Shown one piece after another: positions 1 through 9,408 of a stretch of 23,058 bases of DNA. Source of the DNA: an uncultured Gemmatimonadota bacterium (GTDB lineage Bacteria > GCA-2686955). The stretch covers positions 62,001 through 85,058 of the forward strand of contig CAZBBK010000017.1 in the NCBI GenBank assembly GCA_964490075.1, written 5' to 3'. The notes below the pieces were generated by a model, which saw only the letters and a program-made list of their open reading frames with translations, was not told the DNA's origin and made no database searches. How positions within the stretch are numbered: position 1 is the first letter of the stretch; each line of letters opens with the position of its first letter. A program made the position numbers and the translations under genes.

Positions 1-420
1 CGCGGATCGGATCTCGCGGTGCCGCTGGACCACACGCTGCTGGCCCTGCGCGGGCGTTCGGTGGTCTTCGTGGTCTCGGATTTCGCCGGCGCGGGCTTCG
101 ATAGGTCGCTCAAGGTGCTGGCCCGCAAGCACGACGTGATTCCGGTGGTGCTCTCGGATCCGCGGGAGCACGCCCTGGTCGATGCCGGACTGGTGGTGGT
201 CGAGGATCTCGAAAGCGGGCGCCGGCACCTGGTCGACAGCGGCGATTCCGGAGTGCGCGAGAGCTACCGGAGCGCGGCGCGGCGGCGCGTGGAAGAGCTC
301 GAGGAGCTGTTCCGCTCCGCGGCGGTCGACGGGATCGCGGTCTCCACCGAGGGGGACCACGTCGAGGCCCTGATCCGTTTCTTCAAGCTGCGGGCGCGGC
401 GACGGGCGGCGGGGCGTTGA
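1..420 (+). CDS. DUF58 domain protein (MoxR-associated, vWA-like), 5'-truncated by window edge
   Basis: Frame is open from base 1 (RGSDLAVPLDH...). Motifs 'RSVVFVVSDF', 'RKHDVIPVVLSDPRE' and 'VEDLESG' are typical of the DUF58 C-terminus. It lies directly upstream of Bat genes. Confidence 0.85.
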   Translation, partial: RGSDLAVPLDHTLLALRGRSVVFVVSDFAGAGFDRSLKVLARKHDVIPVVLSDPREHALVDAGLVVVEDLESGRRHLVDSGDSGVRESYRSAARRRVEELEELFRSAAVDGIAVSTEGDHVEALIRFFKLRARRRAAGR

Positions 421-422
421 CC

Positions 423-1475
423 ATGAGGCACCGAATCCCGCTCTGGTTGGTGGTGATGCTGGGCGCGGCCGGCAGCGGGCGCGCCCTGGAGCCTCATGCC
501 GCCGCGGTGGTGGACAGCTCTGAGACATTGCCAGGACTCCCCGTTCATTTGTCTATCGGTGTCCATCACCAGCCTGAGGACAGCGTCGGATTCCCGGCTC
601 CAGAGAGCGCCCCATTCCCTGGTTTCTCGGTGCGGGCAATGGAGATGAGCGATCCCCTACCTTTGGACAATGGCCAGCACCGGAGCGCGGCGCGCTACCG
701 TCTCGTCTCGCATGTCCTGGACTCGACCCTGGTCATTCCGGCGCTCTCGATCGAAATCTGGCCCCCCGAGAGCAGCGCCAGTCCAGCCCTGGCCATCACC
801 GACGCCATCGCCGTCCGGGTCGGATCGCGCATCCCGACCGAGGACCTGGAGAGCGCCGAGGCACGCCCGGAGCGCCCCCCGGTGGCACTCCCGACGCCGA
901 CTCCCTGGGGGAAGCTGCTGGCCGTCGCGGCGGTCACCGCATTGCTCGCCTGGCTGCTGTGGCGCCTGTGGCGGCGGCGCCAAAACCGCGACGCCCTGGA
1001 GTCGGTGTTCGTGGCCTTCGAGCCACCGCGCCCGGCCCACGAGCTCGCGCTCGAGGAGCTCGACGCGCTGGAGGCTTCGGAAGTGGCGCGCAGCGGTCCG
1101 GCCAAGCAGTTCTTCACCGAGGCCAGCGACATCTTGCGGCGCTATGTCGACCGGCGCTTCCTCGTCGATGCTCCCGACCAGACCAGCGACGAGGTGCTGC
1201 ACGCGCTGGAGGGAGCGGAGCTGCCGGGACGCACCCGCAGCCTGGTGCGCAACCTGCTCCGCGAGGCCGACCTGGTGAAGTTCGCGCGTCTCGATCCGCC
1301 CTGGTCGGAGTGGGCGAGCACGCTCGACCACGGGCGCGAGATCGTGCGCTCGACCATCCCCCCAGCGCCCGCGGAGACGCCGCTCGACAGCCTGAATGGA
1401 GCGCCAGGCAGGGCCGGCGACCGAGCCGAGTCGGCCGGCGCCGGCGATCGGAGCACGGAGGCCGGCGATGCCTGA
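423..1475 (+). CDS. Bat-operon membrane protein (DUF4381/BatD-like): signal peptide, beta-rich N-domain, one TM helix, conserved cytoplasmic domain
   Basis: ATG at 423 (alternative TTG at 417). N-terminal hydrophobic signal; TM 'WGKLLAVAAVTALLAWLLWRLW' followed by RRR; motifs 'PAHELALEEL', 'SDILRRYVDRRF', 'QTSDE', 'ADLVKFA'. Canonical position between DUF58 and batA. Confidence 0.75.
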   Translation: MRHRIPLWLVVMLGAAGSGRALEPHAAAVVDSSETLPGLPVHLSIGVHHQPEDSVGFPAPESAPFPGFSVRAMEMSDPLPLDNGQHRSAARYRLVSHVLDSTLVIPALSIEIWPPESSASPALAITDAIAVRVGSRIPTEDLESAEARPERPPVALPTPTPWGKLLAVAAVTALLAWLLWRLWRRRQNRDALESVFVAFEPPRPAHELALEELDALEASEVARSGPAKQFFTEASDILRRYVDRRFLVDAPDQTSDEVLHALEGAELPGRTRSLVRNLLREADLVKFARLDPPWSEWASTLDHGREIVRSTIPPAPAETPLDSLNGAPGRAGDRAESAGAGDRSTEAGDA

Positions 1476-2469
1476 GACGGTGTTCCGCTTCGAGTCGCCG
1501 TGGATGCTGAGCGGTCTCCTGGTGCTGCCTCTGCTCGGCGCCTGGCTCTTCGTCATCGCGCCGCGGCGACGCCCGGCGATCCGCTTCCCTCGAGTCGCCG
1601 AGCTGATCGAGATCGTGCCCTCCACCGCCCAGAAGCTCCACTGGCTGCCGAGCGCTCTGCGGGTGGGAGTGGTGGCCTTGCTGGTGCTGGCGGCGGCCCG
1701 CCCGCAGATCGGGCGGCGGGTCTCGACGGTGCTGACCGAGGGGATCGACATCTTGCTGGCACTCGACGTCAGTCGCTCGATGCTGGCCGAAGACTTCAAG
1801 CCGCGCAATCGGCTGCACGTCGCCAAGCAGACCATCGCGCGCTTCATCCGCGGGCGGCGCAACGACCGCATCGGCCTGGTGGTGTTCGCCGGTCGCGCCT
1901 ACACCCAGTGTCCGCTCACCACCGACTACGGTGTGCTGCTCTCGCTGCTCGACGAGATCGAGGTCGGCATGCTCGAGGATCCCACCGCGATCGGCACCGC
2001 GATCGCCACCGCCGCGGCCCGCATCAAGGACACTGAGTCCGCCTCGAAGGTGGCGATCCTGGTGACCGACGGCCGCAACAACGCCGGATCGATCGACCCC
2101 AGCACCGCCGCGGCGCTGGCGGCCAGCGTCGGAGTCAAGGTCTACACGGTCGGGGTCGGCCGCGAGGGCGAGGTCGACTACCCCGATCCGCGGGCCCGCG
2201 GAGGCTACACGCGCATCAAGTCGGACATCGACGAGCCCACCCTGGAGGCAATCGCGGAGCAGACCGGGGGCGCCTTCTTCCGGGCCCACGATCCCGACGC
2301 CCTGGAGGGCATCTTCGCCCGCATCGACGAGCTCGAGCGAACCAAGCGCGAGACCAAGGACTACACCCGCTACCGCGAGATCTTCCTGATCCCCGCCGCC
2401 CTCGCCCTGCTGCTGCTGCTCTTGGAGCGAATGCTCACCGCCACCCGCTTGCGAACGGTACCAGGCTGA
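1468..2469 (+). CDS. batA: BatA-type vWA domain membrane protein
   Basis: ATG at 1468 after GGAGG. N-terminal 'FRFESPWML' BatA motif, 'AAARPQ', MIDAS 'DVSRSM', 'DRIGLVVFAG..YTQCPLTTD', 'TAIG', 'TDGRNN', 'IAEQTGG', and a C-terminal TM. Confidence 0.9.
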   Translation: MPETVFRFESPWMLSGLLVLPLLGAWLFVIAPRRRPAIRFPRVAELIEIVPSTAQKLHWLPSALRVGVVALLVLAAARPQIGRRVSTVLTEGIDILLALDVSRSMLAEDFKPRNRLHVAKQTIARFIRGRRNDRIGLVVFAGRAYTQCPLTTDYGVLLSLLDEIEVGMLEDPTAIGTAIATAAARIKDTESASKVAILVTDGRNNAGSIDPSTAAALAASVGVKVYTVGVGREGEVDYPDPRARGGYTRIKSDIDEPTLEAIAEQTGGAFFRAHDPDALEGIFARIDELERTKRETKDYTRYREIFLIPAALALLLLLLERMLTATRLRTVPG

Positions 2470-4223
2470 TGCGGCTCGTCTTCCCCTGGCTCCTGATCCT
2501 GATCGTTCCGGCGCTGGCGCTGCTGCGCGCTTTTCACGCACGGCGGCGCCGGGCGCTGCGCGAAGGTCGCGCGGCGATGGCGGGCACGCGATTGGCCGAG
2601 CTGACTCCGGAGCTGGCCGACGCACGGTGGCGCTGGAAGGCCCTCCTGGTCGGCTCCGCGGTGCTCTTGATCATCGCCGCCCTGGCCAGGCCGCAGTTCG
2701 GCACCCGCTTCACGCAGGTGAAGAAAGAGGGAATCGACATCGTCTTCGCCATCGACACCTCGCTGTCGATGACCGCCGAGGACCTGCGTCCCAACCGCCT
2801 GGAGCGGGCCCGGCTGGAGATCGAGGCGCTGCTGCCGCGCCTGGGCGGGAATCGGGTCGCGGTCGTGGCCTTCGCCGGGGCGGCGTTCGTGCAGTGCCCC
2901 CTGACGCTCGACCACGGCGCTTTGCGGCTCTTCCTCGACGCCCTCTCGCCCGACCTGATCCCGCGCCCCGGCACCGACCTGGCGCAGGCGATCGACAAGG
3001 CGATCGCCGCGCTCCCATCCGACGACACGGCGTCGCGCGTGGTGGTGCTGCTGAGCGACGGCGAGGGCTTCGAGGGCGACGCCCAGCGGGCCGCCGAGGC
3101 CGCCGCCGATCGCGACGTCATGATTCACGCGGTGGGAATCGGCAGCCCGGAGGGGGAGCCGATCCCGGCCTACGATGCCGAGGGGCGACGCGACGGATAC
3201 AAGAAGGACGCCGCGGGGCAGACCATCATGTCGCGCCTGGACGAGGCGGCGCTGGCTCGGGTCGCGGCGGCCAGCGGAGGGCGCTACTATCGGGTATCGG
3301 GGGGTGGTTTCGCACTCGACGAGGTGATGGACGAGATCGCTGCCATGGCCCGCAAGGAGACCGAGAGTCGGTTCGTGGCGGAGTACGAGGAACGCTTCCA
3401 GGCGCCCTTGCTGGCGGCGCTGGTGCTGCTGATCGTCGATGCCGGCATCGTTCTGGCACGGCGCCGAGCGATTCTGGGGCTGGTCTTGCTGCTGGCGGCG
3501 GGGACCGTGGGATCGCGCGCCGAGGCCCAGGACGGAATCGAGCACGCCGCGGAGGGGGATCGGCTCTACCGCGAGGGCGACTTCGAGGGGGCGCTGGGTG
3601 CCTACAAGCAGGCCGCGATCGACGCTCCCGAACGCGCCGATCTCGAGTTCAACGTCGGCACCGCTTTGCTGAAGCTGGGGCGCACCGACGACGCCGCCCA
3701 CAAGTTGGAGCGTGCCGCGGAAAAGGCGCAGGATGCGCCCGATCTGGAGCGCGACGCCCACTACAATCGCGGGTTCACGCGCATGGCCGCGCAGCAGTTC
3801 CAGGCGGCGGCCGAGGCCTATCAGGCCGCGCTAGATCTCGATCCGGGCGACGACGACGCGCTCTACAATCTGGAGCTGGCGTTGCGAATGCTGAAAGAGC
3901 AGCAGGAGCAAGAGCAGGAGCAGAGCGAGCAGAACGAACGGGAGCAGGAGGAAGAGGAGCAAGAGACGGAAGAGGACGATCAGTCCGAGGAGCCGCAGCA
4001 GGACCAGGAGGAAGAGCCCCAGGAAGAAGAGGATTCCGAGGATCAGGAAGAGAGCTCCGAGGATGAGGAAGAGCCCCGGCCCCCGGAGCCCGATTCTCTG
4101 CGGATCGATCCCGAGCTCGCCCAGCAGATCCTGGAAGCGATCGCCGATGACGAGCAGGAGCTGCACGAGCAGCGCGCCCGCTGGGCGATTCCCACCACCG
4201 ACATGCCGGAGAAGGACTGGTGA
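2469..4223 (+). CDS. batB: BatB-BatC fusion: vWA domain, TM, TPR repeats and acidic tail ending EKDW
   Basis: TGATG coupling to batA. 'ALARPQFG', MIDAS 'DTSLSM', 'PNRLERA', 'PLTLD', 'LSDGE'; then TPRs ('FNVGTAL', 'HYNRG', 'ALYNLELA'), an E/Q/D-rich tract and the BatC-type terminal 'EKDW'. Confidence 0.88.
   Translation: MRLVFPWLLILIVPALALLRAFHARRRRALREGRAAMAGTRLAELTPELADARWRWKALLVGSAVLLIIAALARPQFGTRFTQVKKEGIDIVFAIDTSLSMTAEDLRPNRLERARLEIEALLPRLGGNRVAVVAFAGAAFVQCPLTLDHGALRLFLDALSPDLIPRPGTDLAQAIDKAIAALPSDDTASRVVVLLSDGEGFEGDAQRAAEAAADRDVMIHAVGIGSPEGEPIPAYDAEGRRDGYKKDAAGQTIMSRLDEAALARVAAASGGRYYRVSGGGFALDEVMDEIAAMARKETESRFVAEYEERFQAPLLAALVLLIVDAGIVLARRRAILGLVLLLAAGTVGSRAEAQDGIEHAAEGDRLYREGDFEGALGAYKQAAIDAPERADLEFNVGTALLKLGRTDDAAHKLERAAEKAQDAPDLERDAHYNRGFTRMAAQQFQAAAEAYQAALDLDPGDDDALYNLELALRMLKEQQEQEQEQSEQNEREQEEEEQETEEDDQSEEPQQDQEEEPQEEEDSEDQEESSEDEEEPRPPEPDSLRIDPELAQQILEAIADDEQELHEQRARWAIPTTDMPEKDW
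3895..4075 (+). repeat. Low-complexity purine-rich coding tract (GAG/CAG/GAA codons) encoding the E/Q/D-rich BatC linker
   Basis: Translates to EQQEQEQEQSEQNEREQEEEEQETEEDDQSEEPQQDQEEE...; imperfect codon repeats. Confidence 0.7.
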
Positions 4224-6133
4224 TGCGAGCATCCGAGTCGTGCCGGAGCATCGAGGGAGCACATGGCTCTGGTGCGTGCTCCGGCTTGCTGCTCCGGGTC
4301 GTGGCACTGCTCCTGGTCGCGGCCACGGGCGGCGCAACGGCGGCGACCATCACGGCGCGCCTGAGCCCCGAGGTGCTCGGCATCAAGGATGAGGCGGTGC
4401 TAGATGTGTCGGTGTCGGCAGGCGCGACCGGGGCTCTGGCCACCCCGCAGCTGCCCCACCTGGACGGCTGGCAGGTGGTGTCGCGCGGCTCGAGCCGCAA
4501 CATGAGCTTCGTCGGCGGCGAGCTCGAGACCTCGGTCACCTACAGCTACACGCTGCGCCCCTTGCGCGAGGGCACGCTGACCATCCCGGCGATCTCGGTG
4601 GAGATTGGCGGCGAGCGGATCGCGAGCGAGCCGCTCACGGCCGAGGTGAAGTCCGGCAGCCTCACCCACGGGCGCGGAAGGGGGCGCCGCAGCCTTCTCG
4701 ACGATCCCTTCGCGCGGCGTCGCAACCGAGGGAGCGGGCGCGAGATCGATCCCTATCAACACGTGGAGATCGAGACCCGGGTCGACCGCCGGGAGTGCTG
4801 GGTGGGAGAGCAGGTCACGCTGGCCTTCCGCCTCGCCACCTCGCCCTACATCCGCTTCGATCGCCAGCCGCTCTACACCGCGCCGGAGGTCGCCGGAGCG
4901 TGGGTCGAGGCGCTGGGAGACCAGATGCGCCGCACCGAGGTGCGGGGCGGGGTCGAGTGGGAGGTGGTGGAGATCCGCTACGCCCTCTTCCCGACGACCG
5001 CCGGGGTGGTCACGGTCGGCCCCGCGAAGCTCGATGGGGTGGTGAACGCCGGCTCGATGGACATCTTCTCGATGATGCGGCGCAGCGGCCGGCGGCTCCT
5101 GCTGGAGACCGATCCGATCGAGATCAGCGCCGCCGCGCTGCCCGAAGCGGACCGGCCGAAACAGTTCGCCGGTGCGGTGGGACAGTACCGGGTGCGCGCC
5201 GACGTGGAGCGCGACCATGCCACCGCCAACGATCCCTTGACGCTGACCATCGAGGTCAGCGGCATCGGCAACCTCAACACCGTGCCCGAGCCGGCGCTGC
5301 CGGAGGTCGAAGGGCTGCGCTTCTTCGAACCGCAGAGCGAGGTGGAACTGGCTCCGCAGGGCGCGCGCCTGGCCGGCCGGCGGGTGTTCACGCGGCTGAT
5401 CGTTCCCGAGTCGGCAGGCACGATCATCCTCCCAGAGCTGGAGCTCAACTTCTTCGACCCCGTCCGCGAGAGCTACCGCAGCACGCGCAGCAGCGCGATG
5501 CGGATCGAGGTGCTGCCCGACCAGGCGCAATCACGCGGTCCAATCGTCACCGGCCTGTCGAAAGAAGAGGTGAAGCGGCTGAAGGCCGAGATCGAGTACA
5601 TCAAGACCGATCTGAGTCGAATCGAGCACCAGGGGGGTCAGAGCTACGACGGCGGCGGCTTCTGGGCGATGGCCGGCGCGCCTCTGCTGGCAATCGCGGG
5701 AGCCTTGGCGATCCGCCGCCGCCGCCATCTGCTCGAGACCGACGTCGGCTACGCCCGCGGCAGCCGAGCGATGAAGCGCCTCGAATCGCGCCTGGCGGAG
5801 CTCAGGTCCATTCCCGAAGGCAGCAACCAGGCCTGGGCGCTGGCGAGTCGAGTCCTTCTCGACTTCGTGGGCGACAAGCTGAACCTCAACGCGGCGGGAC
5901 TCACCACCGACGAGACCCTGTGCCTGCTCGAGTCGTCGGAGCTGCCCGACGAGGTGGTGGCCGAGGTGCGCGAGTTCCTGAGCGCCTGCGACCTGGCGCG
6001 TTACGCCTCGGCGTCGTTCAGCGAATCCCAGGCCGGGTTGGTCGAACGGGTGCGGGCTCTGGCCCGCAGGATCGACAAGCCCAGCAGCGCGCCGGCGCCG
6101 ACGAAGACCGGGACCGGGAGGCGCCAGATATGA
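4220..6133 (+). CDS. batD: BatD family protein (oxygen-tolerance domain repeats, C-terminal TM)
   Basis: GTGATG overlap with the upstream stop (start 4220 or 4223). Signal-like segment; 'YSYTLRPLREGTLTIP', 'WVGEQV', 'YALFP..AG', 'FAGAVGQY', 'SGIGNL', 'FFDP..ESY'; TM near the C-terminus. Confidence 0.85.
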   Translation: MMRASESCRSIEGAHGSGACSGLLLRVVALLLVAATGGATAATITARLSPEVLGIKDEAVLDVSVSAGATGALATPQLPHLDGWQVVSRGSSRNMSFVGGELETSVTYSYTLRPLREGTLTIPAISVEIGGERIASEPLTAEVKSGSLTHGRGRGRRSLLDDPFARRRNRGSGREIDPYQHVEIETRVDRRECWVGEQVTLAFRLATSPYIRFDRQPLYTAPEVAGAWVEALGDQMRRTEVRGGVEWEVVEIRYALFPTTAGVVTVGPAKLDGVVNAGSMDIFSMMRRSGRRLLLETDPIEISAAALPEADRPKQFAGAVGQYRVRADVERDHATANDPLTLTIEVSGIGNLNTVPEPALPEVEGLRFFEPQSEVELAPQGARLAGRRVFTRLIVPESAGTIILPELELNFFDPVRESYRSTRSSAMRIEVLPDQAQSRGPIVTGLSKEEVKRLKAEIEYIKTDLSRIEHQGGQSYDGGGFWAMAGAPLLAIAGALAIRRRRHLLETDVGYARGSRAMKRLESRLAELRSIPEGSNQAWALASRVLLDFVGDKLNLNAAGLTTDETLCLLESSELPDEVVAEVREFLSACDLARYASASFSESQAGLVERVRALARRIDKPSSAPAPTKTGTGRRQI

Positions 6134-6915
6134 GCCGAATGAAGGTCCTGTGGATCACCGGAGTGCTCGCCCTCTCGGCGGGCGCCGAGCCCCTCGGGTC
6201 CGAGGAGCCGGCCGCTCTTCCCGAGGCGCCGCTCGCGCTCTTCCAGAACGGCAACGAGGCCTACGCCGAGGGCGACTACGAGACCGCGATCGCCAGCTAC
6301 CAGGGAATCGTCGCCGCCGGGGTCGAGAACGGCACCGTGCTCTTCAACCTCGGCAATGCCCACCACAAGCAAGGCGACCTGGGGCGCGCGATCCTCGCCT
6401 ACGAGCGTGCGCGGCGCCTGATTCCACGGGATCGCGATCTGCGCGAAAACCGCGACTACCTCGACGTGCTCAAGCACGACAAGAGTCCGGAAGCCTCCAC
6501 CGGGGTGCGAGCGGTGAGGCGCGCGGTCCATTCGCTCACCGTCAGCGAGGCCGCCCGGGCGGCGCTGGCGCTGTGGATCGTGCTCGGACTGCTGCTCACC
6601 CTGCGCATCCTGGCACGCGGCGGGCGCCGCGCCCGGCGACCGCTCGAAGTCGCCGCGATCGCAATTCTGGTGCTGCTGGTGGGCGCGCTCTGCCACACCG
6701 GCTACTTGATCTACGAGCAGTCCCGGCCCGACGCCATCGTGATCGCCGAGCAGGTCGCGATCCGCTCCGGCCCTTCCGAGGGCGACGTGACGGAGTTCAA
6801 GCTACACGCCGGCACCCGGGTGCGGCTGGGACGGCACAGTGGCGACTGGGTCCAGGTCGCGCTCTCCGAGGAGCTGCGCGGCTGGTGCCGGGCGCGGGCG
6901 GTGGAGGGGATTTGA
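6130..6915 (+). CDS. batE: BatE family protein (TPR, two TM helices, C-terminal SH3-like domain)
   Basis: ATGA overlap with the batD stop at 6130-6133, so the real start lies inside the 4795..6915 ORF. 'FQNGNEAYAEGDYETAI', 'FNLGNA', 'AILAYERA..L.P'; SH3b-like 'IRSGPS..FKLHAGTRV..DWVQV..GW'. Confidence 0.88.
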   Translation: MSRMKVLWITGVLALSAGAEPLGSEEPAALPEAPLALFQNGNEAYAEGDYETAIASYQGIVAAGVENGTVLFNLGNAHHKQGDLGRAILAYERARRLIPRDRDLRENRDYLDVLKHDKSPEASTGVRAVRRAVHSLTVSEAARAALALWIVLGLLLTLRILARGGRRARRPLEVAAIAILVLLVGALCHTGYLIYEQSRPDAIVIAEQVAIRSGPSEGDVTEFKLHAGTRVRLGRHSGDWVQVALSEELRGWCRARAVEGI

Positions 6916-6955
6916 GGAGGCGGAAGCTCGGGGGGGGATGCAGCGATCAGCCCCC

Positions 6956-9178
6956 TCAATCCTCCAACACCCCCACCTCCGCCTCGGTCTCTTCGGTCTC
7001 CGGCTCCAGCTCGGCGACCTCCATCGTCACCTCCGTCGCCGTCTCGACCACATCGGAGTAGAGCGCTGCCCTGAGATCCTCGCGCTTCGGCTTCTCGTTC
7101 CAGCACCAGGCGTCGAACGATTCATCGAAGTGCAGCATGCCGTCGTGGGCGCACTTCACGACCCACAGATCTTCCTCTCCCCCTTCTCCGGGCGGGTCGA
7201 AGGACTCGCTGGTGCCGAAGGCGATCCAACCGTCGTCGGTCGTCAGGATCCGCTTCAGCTCGTCGAGCCCGAGCCCCTGGAAGCTCTTCCAGTAGACGAT
7301 CTCACCCTGCTCGTCGATCTTCAGCACCCAGGAATCCATGTCGTCACCGAGCTCGGTCTTGCCGCACACCAGGTAGCCGCCCTCGGCGGATTCGATCGAG
7401 CTGAAGTAGTCCCATGGAGTGTCGCCGGTGCCCCGTGGACCATCACCCTCGGTGGCATAGACCATGGACCATTCGAGGTCTCCATCCGGATCGATCCTGC
7501 CGATCCACGACTTGTAGCATTCGCCGCCGAAGGGCGATTCGCGCACCGCTCCAGCGACGACGAAATCGCCATCGCTGGTTTCCGTGATCGACCGACCGGC
7601 GTTGGATGATCCACCGTTGTTGAGTTCTCGGGACCACAAGGGCGACCCGTCGGAGTCGGTTCGCAGCACGTAGATCGATTGCCCGCTGTAGCCGTCGGAG
7701 TCGTTCATCTTCCCTACGGCCACCAATCCGCCAGCGCTCGCCTCGTCCACCTCGTAGAGCTGCCCGCCGCGATAGGTCTTCGCCCAGAGCACCGTGCCGT
7801 CGGAGGGATCGACTCTCATCAAGAGCGCCCGGGTCTTGTCCGCGCTGACCACCTCTCCGCAGACCACGATCGAGCCATCGGAGAGCAGCTCCAAGTCGTC
7901 CGCCCGGGCGGTGATGGCGGAGGTGTAGGACCGGGTCCAGACCGGCATCAGCTCCGAGTCGAGACGAGAGATCCAGATCGTTCCGGCCGAGTTGCGATCG
8001 CCCACGACCACGTAGCCGGCGCCGGCGACGGACTCGATCGCGAGGGGTTGGTAGCCATGAAGGAACCTGCGCTGATGAATGGGCATTCCCTGCTGATCAA
8101 GGGTCAGAATCCAGCCCGTGCCGATGCCGTTTTCACCGACGATCACCTGGCGACTGTCTCCAACTCCGTCCGCCGCGGCAATGTCGAACCCGGTGTTGCC
8201 GGCATCGGAAAGATCGTATGACCGCGACCAGCGCGCCCACCCATCGTTGCCGACATCGACCAGCGATCCGCCGGCATCCGCCAGAGGTGTTTTCCCGGTC
8301 AGAAGTGTCGCCAGCGGATTGGTCCCGGTCACGACATCGTACTCACCCGCCACCATTTCGATGCCGCCAATGAGCTCCCACCAGGGATCGGCGACAGGAC
8401 GAACCTCGAGCCGACCGTAGGTATCGATCCCCATGTAGGGGCCGATGATGAAGTCGACCGGAAAGGCCAGGTCGACCAGAGTATGGATCTCGGCGTCGAT
8501 GCCGGACTCGCCAGAGAGCTCGGGTGGAGAGTATTGAACCAGGAAATCCGGCGTCTCGGAGATCGGCGTGTAGCTGCCCCAGTCGTAGTCAAAGCCCTGA
8601 GTGACGCTGTACTGTTGAACCAGTGAAGTGGTCAGGCGGGCCTCGGCGGTCGCGTCCACAGCGGCCGCCAGTCGCAGCACGGGTGTGATCGATACTCCTT
8701 CTGCGATGGGGATCGGCACAAGATAGAACTCCACGGCATCCGACTCCCAGCTGAAAAGCTCCGCCTCCAGGTCGGCGCTGAGTTCGAGCGCCGAGGAAAC
8801 CGTCACGGTCCAACTCAGCTCGATGAGGGCATCGCACGATTCGGAGAGGAAGCTCGAGCAGAGATCGACGTCGAGGGGATCGATCAGAATGCTGCCGTTC
8901 AGCAACACTTGGTCCCCGGTGGTCTGGTGATCGCCATCGGCGTCGTAGACCACTTCGTCGTTGAAGGTCAGGTAGAAACCCCCGTATCCCTCACAGTCCA
9001 CGACCGACGCAGTGGGGACTCCGTCGATCTCGATCGGCCCCTCCGGCCCGAGCAGGTAGTTGTGGCAGACGCGGCTCTCCAGCGCATCCGGCGGATCGGC
9101 CGCCAGGGCCGACGCCGGCGCTGAGGGAATGGCGCACAAAGCAGCATAGAGAGCGATCGAACGCGAAAGCACGGACAT
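6956..9178 (-). CDS. Secreted acidic hypothetical protein with a C-terminal beta-propeller-like repeat region
   Basis: ATG at 9178 preceded by GGAGA. Signal peptide ending ALA. Repeated blades such as 'RTDSDGSPLWSR', 'RIDPDGDLEWSM', 'KIDEQGEIVYWK', 'ITETSDGDFVVAG', 'LTTDDGWIAFG'. 740 aa. Confidence 0.75.
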   Translation of the reverse strand: MSVLSRSIALYAALCAIPSAPASALAADPPDALESRVCHNYLLGPEGPIEIDGVPTASVVDCEGYGGFYLTFNDEVVYDADGDHQTTGDQVLLNGSILIDPLDVDLCSSFLSESCDALIELSWTVTVSSALELSADLEAELFSWESDAVEFYLVPIPIAEGVSITPVLRLAAAVDATAEARLTTSLVQQYSVTQGFDYDWGSYTPISETPDFLVQYSPPELSGESGIDAEIHTLVDLAFPVDFIIGPYMGIDTYGRLEVRPVADPWWELIGGIEMVAGEYDVVTGTNPLATLLTGKTPLADAGGSLVDVGNDGWARWSRSYDLSDAGNTGFDIAAADGVGDSRQVIVGENGIGTGWILTLDQQGMPIHQRRFLHGYQPLAIESVAGAGYVVVGDRNSAGTIWISRLDSELMPVWTRSYTSAITARADDLELLSDGSIVVCGEVVSADKTRALLMRVDPSDGTVLWAKTYRGGQLYEVDEASAGGLVAVGKMNDSDGYSGQSIYVLRTDSDGSPLWSRELNNGGSSNAGRSITETSDGDFVVAGAVRESPFGGECYKSWIGRIDPDGDLEWSMVYATEGDGPRGTGDTPWDYFSSIESAEGGYLVCGKTELGDDMDSWVLKIDEQGEIVYWKSFQGLGLDELKRILTTDDGWIAFGTSESFDPPGEGGEEDLWVVKCAHDGMLHFDESFDAWCWNEKPKREDLRAALYSDVVETATEVTMEVAELEPETEETEAEVGVLED

Positions 9179-9408
9179 GGGATCTCCCGGGGTTGGGGGC
9201 ATGCACTAGAGAGAGCCGGCCCGGTTGCGTTTCTGGGCGCGGACGGCCGCGACGGCTCGGAGAGCCAGACGAGGCGCTATGAGGTAGAGGCCGCGTTGGT
9301 GCGCTGAGGGAACCGGCTGCGCAGCGTCGGCGTGGCAAGAAGCTCGGGCGGGTCGGCTCTGTGGAGACGAGCTGTTTTCGAGGACCGCCTGCCGGCCGAA
9401 AACCGCCC

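Noticed and set aside
3895-4075. GAG/CAG-rich tract as a tandem repeat array or ncRNA
   Set aside because: Explained by the acidic BatC linker; no fixed repeat unit or spacers.
657-5530. Long minus-strand and alternate-frame ORFs over the Bat genes (e.g. 657..1871, 1114..2625, 2370..3761, 2627..4066, 4400..5530)
   Set aside because: Arg/Gly/Ala/Pro-rich shadow ORFs expected in high-GC coding DNA; the + strand frames carry clear family motifs.
4795-6129. N-terminal 445 aa of the 706-aa ORF 4795..6915
   Set aside because: Overlaps batD out of frame with low-complexity translation; the real batE starts at the ATGA overlap at 6130.
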